Shown in pieces: positions 13,601-25,574 of a stretch of DNA of 64,000 nt (the stretch's first letter is position 1; each line of letters opens with the position of its first letter). The notes under the pieces were generated by a model that was not told the DNA's origin, ran no database searches, and saw only the letters and a program-made list of their open reading frames with translations. The DNA comes from Leucoraja ocellata (taxonomy: Eukaryota). Position numbers and translations under genes: made by a program. The stretch spans positions 11,966,001 to 12,030,000 of the forward strand of contig JAWMAR010000026.1 in NCBI GenBank assembly GCA_036785375.1, in the 5' to 3' direction.

Positions 13601-16547
13601 TTTTTGAAGATGTAAGTAGGAAAATGGACAAGGGAGAGCCAGTGGACGTAGTGTACCTGGACTTTCAGATAGCATTTGATAAGATCCCACATTGGAGATT
13701 AGTGGGCAAAATTAGGGCACATTGGGGGTAGAGTGCTGACATGAATAGAGAAGTGGTTGGCAGACAGGAAACAAAAAGTAGGGATTAACGGGTCCCTTTC
13801 AGAATGGCAGGCAGTGACTAATGGGGTACCGCAAGGCTTGGTGCTGGGACCGCAGCTATTTACAATATACATCAATGATTTGGATGAAGGGGTTCAAAGT
13901 AACATTAGCAAATTTGCAGATGACACAAAGCTGGGTGGCAGTGTGAACTATGAGGAGGATGCTATGAGAATGCAGTGTGACTTGGACAGGTTGTGGCAGT
14001 GGGCAGATGCATGGCAGATGAAGTTTAATTCGGATAAATGTGAGGTTATCCCCCCCCCCCCCCTCCCCCGCCCCACCCCCCACCCCCTCCAAGGACAGCC
14101 ATGACGGAACAATCACAACATTCGTTCAATGTTGAATCCAGAACTGCCGCGAATACTCTAAATGTTGATTTACGCTTTTGGTAAAGTTAAGGTTTACCAT
14201 TTATATTGTATGTCCTCGCCTATGAAGGTACGCCTGAAAGAGTTGATATAGTTCGCAGGATGTAATGTGTTGGTAAAACAACATATTTTCCTCACCATTT
14301 TCTGTGCCCCTGCTCTGCTTCTTCTGCAAAACCGACTCGCTTTCTCACTTGATCATTAATGATGCGCAGAAAACTCATCGTTATCTTTGAGTAAATAACT
14401 CAGAGAATCCCATCGTGGCAACATATGTCGAGATGTATTAGATTATTTATTCAAACTCTAAGAAGATTAATACATAAATATTTGAATGAAGCGTCATTAT
14501 CACTGAATCGGCAAGACTCGTGAAACACCGACCTGAAAGAGCCATTTGGACCAGGCATGAGCACGTAGTCTAAGTAATATCAAATACATTTTCCAATGCG
14601 TCATCATTACAACCCACTCGAGGTTAATAATAGCAACCCTTCAACGGCGTAATGTGATTTAATTTTGTTCATGTTCTGTTCTGCAGCAGTTCCAACTCCA
14701 CTGAAAATTTTCACAAAGACTCGTGAAAAGAATCCGGCCGCGAGTTGTATTCATGTGTGTGAAACAGCCGCATTCTATCCCGAGAATTTCACGCTTAATT
14801 GGTATAAAAATGGGAACGAAACAACATCGGAAATAAAGATCGAAACAAAGAAGAACGCCGAAGGATTGTATATGGTTTCCAGCTCTTTGATCGCGAGGCC
14901 GCCATTTCAGAGCGATAACAAATATACCTGTTTAATAACTCATGTCTCCCTCAATACTCCAGCCCAGGCTGTCATCGCTGGTTCCGAATGTAACCAAGGT
15001 ACAATGCCACCAAATCCATCCCCTGTTCAGTTCGTAAAAATAAATTACTATTTCTATTTGTTCCAGGCCGCGAGGAAAATTCACCTTAGTTCAATTGAAA
15101 GTTGCAGTTCTTTTTCACGACCGGATGCAATAAACCTGTTATCAATTCGTTGTACATTCGTTTTCAATGAAAATGTCTTATTTGCCCTCCAAAATAGAAA
15201 AAACAAATTTAAACATTTTGCCTCTCTATTGGGTAGTGTTGATGTTTCTTTCATGTTGCTTTCAAAAATGTTTCCCAATGCACCGTTGATTCCACACTTG
15301 GCGGCACAACTGATTTCAGGCGCTTAGGTTTTCCCTCACGCTTCCTCGGTTTTTATCCTGATGCCGAATCCTTTGCTTCGCCGTGATCACCTTCGCTAAA
15401 ATCCAACCACCCCTGCTCCCGAAATCCCTCGGTGCGGCATCCACTCCCACTGCCACCGTGACAAATTCAAGTACGGAATTCTAAAAGAAGAGAGGCTTCA
15501 ATTGAGGCGTCAATACCGTCGCCAACGGACACGGTATCATTTAGTAAATTGACAGAATAGGGGGAATGTCTTCAATTAGGAGGATTCAGGGAGAGAAGGG
15601 GGCTAGGAAGGGGAGAGGGGTTATGGAGGGAGGGAGTGGCTGTGGGTAGGGGAAAGGAGTGGGAGGGAGAGGTGATGGAGGGAGTGGGGAGGGGAGGAGG
15701 AGGGGAAAGAAGAGGAAGGATGTAGAGGAGGAGGAGGAGGGAATGCTGGGGCAAGAGGGGGAATAGAGGAGGATAGGGGTAGGATGAGGGATGGCGAGGC
15801 GCAGTTGGGGGAGGGTTGCCATGAATCGCGTCATAACGGGGATCCCTGGCGTCACAACGGGAACCCCTCAGCCACTCCTGCGCAGTTTGGGGATATGGGT
15901 CAGTGGCGGGATTTTGCCTTGGACGGGCCTGGTGTAGTCTCCTATAATCGTTGCACCTGTCAACTTAATACTATGTCCCTATTCTTTGATATTGCTATCC
16001 ATGCAAAAAGATTCTGACTGGCTACACTATCTATGTCTCTCATAATTTTGTATACTTCTATCAGGTCTCCCTTCAATCTTCCACATGTTTGTTCAATCCC
16101 CACTTGCAGCAAATGCCCCTTAATTCAGGCAACATTTTGTAAACTTCTTCACATCCTTCCTGTAATGAGGCGGCAATAACTGCACGTATTATTACAAATG
16201 CTTTCTAGCTAAAGCGCCAGGGAGCCGTATCATGACTCCCTGACGGTTCAATGCCGCGACCAATGAAGGCAAACACGCCACACGCCTTCTTTACCACTCT
16301 TTCTACTGGTGTTGTCACTTTCAGGAAGCTATTGATCACGACCTCAACATTCCTCTGCGGATCAATATTGTAAAGGGCCATTAACCGTATACTTTCCCTT
16401 TACATTTAACCATGAAATATATGGATTTACAATTGCATCTGGTGATTGTTAATTTAGATATCGAATTTAGCTATCAATATTATAAGCAATGGTGGGTACA
16501 TTAAATTCACCAGTTTTCCAATTATGTAAAACTCTCCCTTTCACCAA

Positions 16548-16627
<80 letters not shown>

Positions 16628-17867
16628 TAATTTGTTCCTATTATTTCTGCAGTTAATGCTTTCGCCTTCCACATTAGACCTGCTCTGGGCTTCCTGGTGC
16701 TCCTGATCCTGATTGGTGCCGTTATTGGGACGCACTGTCAGTTGCTGTTTTATAAAAGGTACGTTATATATGGAAAAAATATGTTTGTACAATATTTCAT
16801 GGAATTAGGAAAGATATTTGCGAACGTTTGTGTATGGCGCAGAGGATCATAAATATAATTATAATTTAAATCTGAAGGACTTGGACTGTGATGTAAATTC
16901 TTTGAAATGCCAATATATTCTTGGCAACTTAGCATGAAGAATTATACACAGCGTTGACAGTAAGAGGAACTGGTTGCAAGTAAATTAACTATAAGCATCG
17001 GTGAATGCTCAAGTTGTTTATTCTGGTTAAATCCAATGAGCTGGCAAGGAATCCAAGAGCCGGTAAGATCACGCTCCCTCTCGTGCAACTTTTGTCTTCA
17101 ATCATTCTTCGCCGGTAATATTCAATATTGAAGAGTGTTGAAGCGCAGATATTTTGTCAAATGCAAAGAGCAAAGTTTCATGTTTCTCTAAAGTCTGCAT
17201 CCAGACTGATGAAACATGCAAGTCATGCCAAGATGCATATTTTCCACGAGAAGATGCGAATATCCGTCGTCTTTTCACTTTCAATTTGAAATTATTTCCC
17301 GAAGAATAGGCGAAAATAGTGTAAAATTACCTGCAAAATCCTTATCAATTGTTTCTATGTTCCTCAATTGCATTTACACCTAAAACGCAGAGATAAAAAA
17401 ACGGCATAAATAAAATAAAACTTGAAAGAAATTCAGGTTCAGCCAGACCCAGATTCCCCCCCCCCCCCCCCCCCTCTTGCTCCCTCTCAATCTGGGTTTT
17501 AAACCAGCAATGAAAAATGATGACTTCAGTCTCTACAAATTTTACTTCATGCGATGAGTCCACTCACTCTTTTTTAAACTTAAAATACTTACGGTTTTCA
17601 ATCCCTTTGGAGTAAATGGGATAAAAGTAAACTTTTGTCTTTACTGAAATTTGATGTTATTTATAACTGTTGAATATATTTTATCCGCCTGAGAAAATAT
17701 CCTTAAACTATCTTCTATAGAACAAATGTTTGCATAATTAAATTGTACCGATAGTTAGCATGGTTTTCTCCACCCTCTCTTGTTTGTGCAGGGTCCATGT
17801 AAGAAAAAGCCATCAAATAGAGAGTGTTGGAAACCTCAAGCAGGATCAACCAAGCGCCACCCAATGA
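10692..17867 (+). CDS. Gene A: VJ-C1 Ig-superfamily receptor, activating type (SIRP-beta/NKp30-like architecture), 5 exons
   Basis: Exons: 10692-10746 (leader METSMIFHLLAIVGNICI, GC donor), 10905-11225 (V), 14687-14998 (C1), 16653-16758 (TM VNAFAFHIRPALGFLVLLILIGAVIGTHCQLLFYK), 17792-17867 (RVHVRKSHQIESVGNLKQDQPSATQ*). Intron phases 1,1,1,2 are all compatible and the frame is open throughout. Confidence 0.85.
10905..11225 (+). CDS. Gene A exon 2: V-set Ig domain with germline-joined J-like G strand
   Basis: ttcctaacag acceptor and G|gtaag donor, phase 1/1. Motifs TFYC, VKWWKQ, DSGVYQC, STGSRLIV. Confidence 0.93.
11810..14052. mobile_element. Cluster of degenerate CR1 fragments in gene A intron 2 (paralogous cluster 33480-35740 in gene B)
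   Basis: Minus-strand 3' fragments at 11810-12990; plus-strand RT fragment at 13268-14052 (SPGPDG, NYRPVSLTS, FADD). Confidence 0.85.
14687..14998 (+). CDS. Gene A exon 3: C1-set Ig domain
   Basis: ctgcag acceptor and G|gtac donor. C1 hallmarks VCETAAFYP, LNWYKNG, GLYMVSSSL, YTCLITH. Confidence 0.93.
15589..15815 (+). repeat. G/A-rich polypurine low-complexity tract
   Basis: gggagagaaggggg...gaggaggagg runs begin exactly where similarity to copy 2 ends. Confidence 0.85.
16549..16626 (+). repeat. (CA)n microsatellite just upstream of the gene A TM exon
   Basis: Perfect CA dinucleotide run. Confidence 0.97.
16653..16758 (+). CDS. Gene A exon 4: transmembrane segment with Arg (IRPALGFLVLLILIGAVIG)
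   Basis: Polypyrimidine plus ctgcag acceptor just after a (CA)n tract; AG|gtacgt donor; hydrophobic 20-mer. Confidence 0.8.
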
Positions 17868-20781
17868 ACCTGGCCACCATTGAAGCCCCAGCCTTCCAGC
17901 GAATACTGTATGGTTACCCAAGATTATTGTAATTGTAAGATGTGCCTACACAGTAGCCTACAAAACTTAAACATTCGTAATTTGAATTTCAGACGAATTA
18001 GATATAGGCACTGAAATTCTGGAAAAATAATATGTTCAGTACCGGTCGACGTACTCACGTCTACATTATTGATTGTGAGTTACTTGTGGGATTAATGATT
18101 AAATATTGACGCCTTGCTATGAAATTTAATTCATATTTTGTAATATGTGTTGTGTTTAACTGATAAAGTAACTTTCAAAACACTTTGAATTACGTTATTA
18201 TTATCCGTTACATAACTAAAATAGACGTTTTATGGTTACTTCTGATCACATGGTCATTTTCAATGTATTTGTTATTTTTCCGAAAGAAAAACTATGAGGC
18301 GAGGGATTTAGGCCCTATATCGTTCTGTCTCATTTCACTCTGACCTAAATACAGACAGTTTTCAGCATACCAAAGACTATAGACACTTAATTTTTCACAG
18401 CAACCATCACAACATTTTGTGGAGAGTTTGATCAATTTCCTTTGAAATCTATTCTGGCAGAATATTTTTTTAACGCATTTATACTACGACCATTGTTGTC
18501 CACAGTGTTCTGCTGTCAAGGTAGGATCATTAGTTTTCAAGCACTTTCAGGAACCTAATCATTGTACGAAAATAGCGAAAATATAGTTAATGAACGAGAA
18601 AACCGCTGCCACACAATAATTTGATTCCGCGTCATGAAATTCCCCCATATCTCATTTCCGCCCAACCAGAATGCAACAATCAAATTAATACATTTACCTG
18701 GAATAAAAACACCCTTGACAGTATGAAAAACAAACGTGCCGGTACTTCTTTTTAAAATTATTTTTGTTTTGTTTTGTTTATTTTACTAGAAGTTAATACA
18801 GTACAACAGCCGGTACTTCTAAAAGGCTTTTCCATGAAATTCGCTAGAATGTCTTGCTCCAGTGTTCATTGGACTCCAGCTGCACCATTTTCAACACAGT
18901 AAAAGTAGGCAATAGACAATAGGTGCAGGGGTAGGCCATTCGGCCCTTCAAGCCAGCACCGCCATTCAATGTGATCATAGCTAATCATCCCCAACCAGTA
19001 CCCCGTTCCTGCCTTCTCCCCATATCCCCTGACTCCGCTATTTTTAAGAGCCCTAGCTAGCTCTCTCTTGAAAGCATCCAGAGAACCTTCCTCCACCGCC
19101 CTCTGAAGGCAGAGAATTCCACAGACTCACCACTCTCTGGGAGAAAAAGTGTTTCCTCGTCTCCGTTCTAAATGGCTTACTCCTTATTCTTAAACTGTGG
19201 CCCCTGGTTCTGGACTCCCCCAACATCGGGAACATGTTTCCTGACAGTAGATCATTTGGTTGGGTTCACTGCTCTGGCAACCAGCATAATCCCGAATAAT
19301 CAGTGCCACTTTCCTGCATTGTTCTTATTTAATTCAGATACATTAATGCATAACGTGTTCCTGTCTGGAATACACGTGGACACGTGTACACTAAGATTTC
19401 GAAGTCCACATGAACATAGAATTCCCAATATTATTGATCTTTTATTTCGCTTCTCTCCAACAGTCTTTTACAAAAATGTTTCAAATTATTTGGCCTCAGA
19501 TTTTCTACAGATCATAAACACGACCCTTCTCTCAGGTGTCTTCCCAAAGGCCATGAAAACTGCAGTCATCAAGCCACTCTAAAAAAAGGACAATCTAGAC
19601 ACTCACTAATGTGCAAATGCAGGCCCATATCAAACCTTCCCTTTTTAATAAACTCATTGAAAAAGCTGTTTTTCAACAGCTTAACTTGTCCCTAAACAAC
19701 TACTTTGTTGTCTTTCAGTCAGGTTTTCAACTGCACCACAGCACCGAGACTGCTCATGGTAAGGTCTTTAATGACATCCACTTATATACAGACAGTGGCA
19801 AAATTTCAGTCTTAGTATTACTGGATCGCAGTGCCACATTTGACACGGTCGACCACACCACATTAACTAGACCGATTGGAAAACTGGGTTGGACTTTCTG
19901 GTACAGAACTTAACTGGTTTTAATCCTACTTATAGAACAGGGACTACTTTGTGTCTCTAGGTAATTACACATCAGAGTGGACAAACATGACGTGTGGAGT
20001 TCCTCGAGTCCTCTCTAAGACCAAGAAAGTGGATCACATCACTCCAGTTTTGAGGTCTTTACTGTCAAAGAATTGATTTCAAAATATTACTGTTGCTTTA
20101 TAAATCATTGAATGTTCTGGGCCAAAATGCATTGCTGATCTTCTGCTACATTATGAACCATCCAGACCTCTGAGATCGTCAGGGACAGGCCTGCTTTCTG
20201 TCCCCAGAGTCAGAACTATACTTGGAGAAGCAGCATTTAGTTTTTATGCACCACATATATGGAACAAACTTCCAGAAAAATGCAGGTCAGCACCATCTCT
20301 CAATTCTTTGAAATCGGGGCTGAAGTCTTTTCTGTTTGACATTGCCTTTGATTAAATAAAATAATTATTCATTTCTTACACTGCGCTGTAACTTTTATTC
20401 TTGGATTTTATACTTGTCTTATTTTATTTTAGCTTGTTTTTATTTTCTATTCTTTTTAATGAATGTTTTTTTAATTACTTTGATTGCTCTTTAATGCTTT
20501 GTGTAAAGCACTTTGAATTGCCTTGTTGCTGAAATTTGCTAGATAAATACATTTGTTTGCTTGCTCTGAACACTACATGGAAGTTAAAATAAACAGTGTC
20601 CAATATTAGCTGAATACACCCTGTACACCCTGAATAATACTCTCAATGGCAAAATGATTTTCTTTCACAAATTCACATTCAGATGCTGACCATGTGGAGA
20701 ATGCATGTTCTCCCTACGAATATGTCTACTTCCCACCGAGCCTAAGGACGTCCTGACTGGAAGGTAAATTGTTTCCTGTAA

Positions 20782-23700
20782 AATAGTAAGATTAAACGAG
20801 AACTTACCAGTTTGAAGTTTGATCTGTATTTTATGAGGAGTTACGATGAGGGATTACGTGAAGAAGCCCGCCCCAGCACGCATTGCGGCATACTTCAAAG
20901 CAGCGGTGTGGAATCACAGATAGACACAAGATTTGAAGTAACATAGTAAAGAATAAAGAGACATCAATTTATCAGTTTGATCCACGTAATGAGGGTGGGA
21001 GCGGAGGGCACGTAATCCCTCATCGTAACTCCTCATAAAATACAGATCAAACTTCAAACTGGTAAGTTCTCGTTTAATCTTACTATTTACTTCGGAGTCA
21101 CGTGAGTGACTACGTGAAGATTTCAAAGCTTCTGTGATTTCAAACCGTGTAACAGCTTTATATCACTCGCTGCCGAAGCCTTTGAGGGAGGAAGCGTGTT
21201 ATCATAATGAACCAATGAATCTGTTTATAGAAAAACAATGGTATTTTTACAATGACACTGAAGAAATTTAAATGCTCCCCTTGGCTAATTTAAAATATTT
21301 GCAGATCGGAATCTTCCCTGCAAATAAAACAGGTTTTGTCAACAGTTTATAATAAATTATTTCTCTGAACGTTTACCCCCACCATTCTGCTGTAGTCAGG
21401 ATGTGGTTTACAGGCACGTCCATTCTTTTGCCGTTGACGTGGAAGCTTGTCCTGGAATGAAAACTTTGTACACGTTAGTTTTATCCCAGGAGCTTTAATA
21501 CCTGCTTGAGCCATCTCAAAAAAGGCTTGTTACCCGACCACAAGGTTTTTTGTGACCAACCCACAAGGCTTTTCATCTCCCTCGAATAATTAGGTTGTGT
21601 CTATGTAAGGTAATAGGGTCATGGCACATTACCGTGTTTCTTGGCGGGTAAGCCCGGGTTTTATGACTGGATAAGGTGTTCCTGGTTTGGTTTGACCATT
21701 CCCTGGACAATGATAGAGATCTGGTCTGAAGCTATGAGCATGGTGTCCAGTAGTAAATAGGAGTAGTGACTGGACCCTCTGTGCTGCTCTGTGTGCCTTC
21801 AACAATGTGTTTAGTGCATAGAAGGTTCAGGTTTAGGGCTCTGGCTGGTGGGTATCCCCTGAAGTATGGTTAACCACTGACATCCCATATATGGGTGTAC
21901 CTGGTCTAGGGGTTTAGAGTTTTAATACCCTTCAAATTTACCACCAGCCAGTGACCCCATGGCCTGTTGTCCTGTAGCTGTTTTGAAACAACAGGCAGGG
22001 CAATTCTAGCTGTGTTGATGGTACTGTAGCCGAATCCTTCATCGTGATGAAGGTTCACCAGGAATTCCAGTTCGTAGTAACTGTATCGGATGAGTAGGTT
22101 CTCCCTGTATCCTTGCAGTACTTCTCTTGATGCTGGAGAAGTGTTGTAGTCCAGTGGATGTTCAAAAGGATGCTGACATGGTGTCGATTGTTCAGTATAA
22201 CAATCCCAGTCCCAGAGGCTTGCGCAGAATCTGCAGCTCAGGAGCTTATTTTTTCCCATGGCACAGTTGACTTGTGCCCGGCTCCGATTGTTAATAATTC
22301 TGGGTACTGGGAGATACCATCCAAGTTGCAACAACCATGTCATGGCGTAAAGTGAAACAATGGCTGCGTAAGTCCGTCAGGTACTATCAAATACCTGAAG
22401 CAGAATCCTTTTGTACTGTGCGTTGTTCTCGATTGGTGAAGCAGAAGGGAAAAAATACATAGAATTAATTTCACCAATGCAGCGTGAACGCATTTGTCTA
22501 TCAATATTATAAATACATTCTTGAATGACAACATGACCTATAGGTCAGAAAAGTTAATATATATAGCTGACGAGCTTTCTGCTGGAACTATCTGTCCCAG
22601 AGAAATTTTTAATGAGGATTCCACTGCCCCAGGGTCTGGTTTCCCCCGCGACATACATAGGACATCCCCGAACACCTGGTGATATAGCGTTGATGCAAAT
22701 AATCGATATCAGATTCACATTCCATTTTAATTGTCATTGTCAGTGTGCAGTACAGAGACAATGAAATGCATTAATATCTGTTGCATCATATAGCTTGATA
22801 GTTTTGTTAAAACTTTATATGAAAACATCTAATTGACGTTGTCCTTAATATTATGTGACCTGGTGTCTGTCACTGTATTTTGTTTACCGGGCAGGTAAGT
22901 TGTTGATAGTCAAATACATCTATGGATATACCATTGCCAAATTGTTTTGACCAACTTGTCATATGATACCGACTTTATGCTGCCAAATGGTTAATATAGG
23001 CCACCTCCATAGTGTAGTCTATTTATACCCATACATGCAAGTGCTTTAAAACTCATAAAATTCACCCGAACATTTTTTAGATAATTAATGCCCAGTATAA
23101 GTGGTAACCCCACCACTGTCTTTCTGATATTACTTCAGTGGGTAACTTCATGAGATGCTCAATGACAACCTATATGTTGTTTTTGATACTAACATCTGAA
23201 TCATGTAGACAGAAATGGTACAATTTTTTCCCAATTACTCTGTTATTTGTCGAGTAGTTGGTAGTTTGACCATTAATTTGTTGCTTGTTTGTGCCAATTC
23301 AACTATGTTGTCTCTTGGCACATTATAGTTACGTGGACTGAATTAATATGAAAGCCAAGATAGTCCAAGAAAGCGCTCTATATGCTGGTAGGAACCAGAC
23401 CCACCTACCTCCATGGTTATTGGTGGTTTTGTGTTTTCTGTTTTCTGAGTGCTTTTGTTCTGAGGACGTGCTGGCGACGTTGGGGGGAGGCGCATTTTCC
23501 AGGGGGTCCGCGGCGGGCCCTGATCTAAAAGATCTTTGGGGATATTGCGGCCCCAAGCGTTCACCAGTCCCATATTCTAGACATCGACTGGTGGATGCCG
23601 TGAGGTGCTGCTGCTTGGGTATCGGAAGTCGTGGTTTGCTCGTCCCGGGGCCTGCCCTCATGATGCCGAAGGTTTTTGATGCCTCTTCCATCTCCTTCAG

Positions 23701-25436
23701 CTTTTTGTTCAGATCTCTCCCAAATAGCAGTGAGTCTGCCTCCGCAGCTGGGGCTTTGCTCAAGCCTGCAAATTTTGAGATTGAGGGCAGGTGTTATATT
23801 TCCCTTCGGAGATTGTTTAGTTCGAATTGTGTGGTACACCTTAATACCAGCACTTTCTGGTGGTATGTGTTCATCTCGTTATCTCCACAGAACGAGCATA
23901 GTTTGAGGCTTATTCCCCTTAAGGCCTCACAGTTCTCTGGTGCTGTATATTCTTGCAGCTCCTCGGCGAGCACCTTTTTTAGTAGAGTTTTGTGCTGGCT
24001 GCCATTGTTTTGGCTCCGGCGGTGCTCCAGCCCGTGGGGTTGCTACGAAGTGGTCCACCACACCCAACAGCTGTTCCTGATCCTGCACCTCATGCATACT
24101 CCCGATTTTGTCCGCCTGCCCCATTTGCAGACCTGCCCTGCCCTGGTCACCAATGCTAGCCTCCTGCTCCAACCCGTGGTATGAGGGTAGCAAAGGGCAG
24201 TGCCTGACACGACACTATGGAGGAGGTGCCTGTCCTGTCTCGCCGGGAGCGCTGCTGTTCCCGGTGGACCTTCTCCTCCAGGAGCTGCTAAGTGCAGCTC
24301 AGGCGGCTGTCTCTCTCTGCTTTGGTAGAGACATGTCCCCCTCCGACGAATCGGAGACCACCGGCCGTTTGGCTTCCTGGCCGCTTTCCCAGTCCGCCGT
24401 GCAGGCTCTGGCGAGACTGGCTTGGCTCGGTCTCAGGGATAGCGAAAAACGCTCTGCGAGCGACGCTGCCGCCGGTTGCTGCCCCGCTGGTAGAGTTGAA
24501 GCGGGGCAGTTTCTCTTTGCGAGTTTTTGGGTTGTGTTCCTGAAATCTGTAATAAACACAACTGCAAACTCACCTTTCCTATGCCCAAGAGCCGCTCCTG
24601 CAGCTCAGGCGGCTGTCTCTCCCCCTCCTGGGTGGAGAGACGTCCCAGTCCGATGTCGGCTCCACCGCCCGGTTTTACACACATCCAGCCCGCTGCTCAG
24701 GCGCTAGCGGGCTGGCTCGGTCGCGGTGTCGGGTTTGCGGACTGCCCGCTAAGCGGTCCTACCGCCTGTTGCTGCCCAATGACGTTTCCTCCGTCGAGCG
24801 GGCAGGTGCAGCATTTTCCCCAGCCCGCTGTTGATGCTGACGGGCTTGGTGCAGTGTCGGGAGCGGGCCGCTGATTAGCGGTCCTTGCTCTCTCTCTCTC
24901 TCTCTGCACTCGGGCTGCTTCTCACCTGCACTCGGGCTGCAGCGCACTCACGCCAGCACTGCACAGTGGGTCCCCTTACCGGCTCCGCAAAAGTCGGAAG
25001 CCTCCTCCCGCCCGCCTGCCTGCCTCACCTGGACAGTACTCGAGAGCGAGCGAGGACTGAGGGGGACCTCCAACGCAGTGCTAGCGCCGTCTTCCTGCGC
25101 TCTCTTGATGTCGCCCCTGTGGAGAGTTACCGGCACCGGCACAGCTCCCATCCATGGTCCGCCGGTGAGTGCGGTCCTGGTAACGTCTTTCCTCCCCTCC
25201 CGACAACGGAAAAAACTCCTCCCGGAGTCCAAGGGGGCCGCTTGCATGCCCTGCGGGGAACAAGCAGACGCAAAGGGGCTGTAAAAATAAAGGTAAGTAC
25301 TTACCTAAACTTAGTTTTTCTCGTTTCTGCGGGAGCCCTGTCTCCCGCCTGCCGCTGTTGCCTGCTGAAACGTAATGCCGCAATGCGTGCTGGGGCGGGC
25401 TTCTTCACGTAGTCACTCACGTGACTCCGAAGTAAA
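20782..25436 (-). mobile_element. DIRS1-type tyrosine-recombinase retrotransposon, degenerate ORFs with intact termini
   Basis: ITRs 20856-20891 / 25375-25410; internal complementary region 21009-21120 matching both termini. Minus-strand remnants include YR-type LEFLVNL..GYSTINTARIAL, PRYTHIWD and HS.R...HILTTAEW, a DLFAS motif near 22700, and gag-like ORFs at 23329-24700. Confidence 0.9.
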
Positions 25437-25574
25437 ATTGCACTGTGGGACATCACGGGAGAATCGCGATGGAGTTAATCGCCACAGGAAGGAAAAGTGG
25501 TACAAAAATAAAGGAAATAATTGGATTTATGTGAACAGGCCTAGAATCGAAGATTTTCCTTCTGTTTCGTAGGA

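Larger units (their letters stand above)
1..15588 (+). repeat. Segmental duplication, copy 1
   Basis: Colinear, near-identical match to 17947-37290 apart from TE insertions and deletions. Position 1 corresponds to 17947, and similarity ends at ...caattaggagg(a/g)ttca. Confidence 0.95.

Noticed and set aside
14999-15327. C-terminal extension of ORF 14665-15327 (and 36356-36991) as a secreted isoform
   Set aside because: It lies beyond a good phase-1 donor, and the two copies are frameshifted relative to each other there, so it is unconstrained intron.
23348-25412. Plus-strand 175-278 aa ORFs as host genes
   Set aside because: They are antisense to the GC-rich gag region of the DIRS element.
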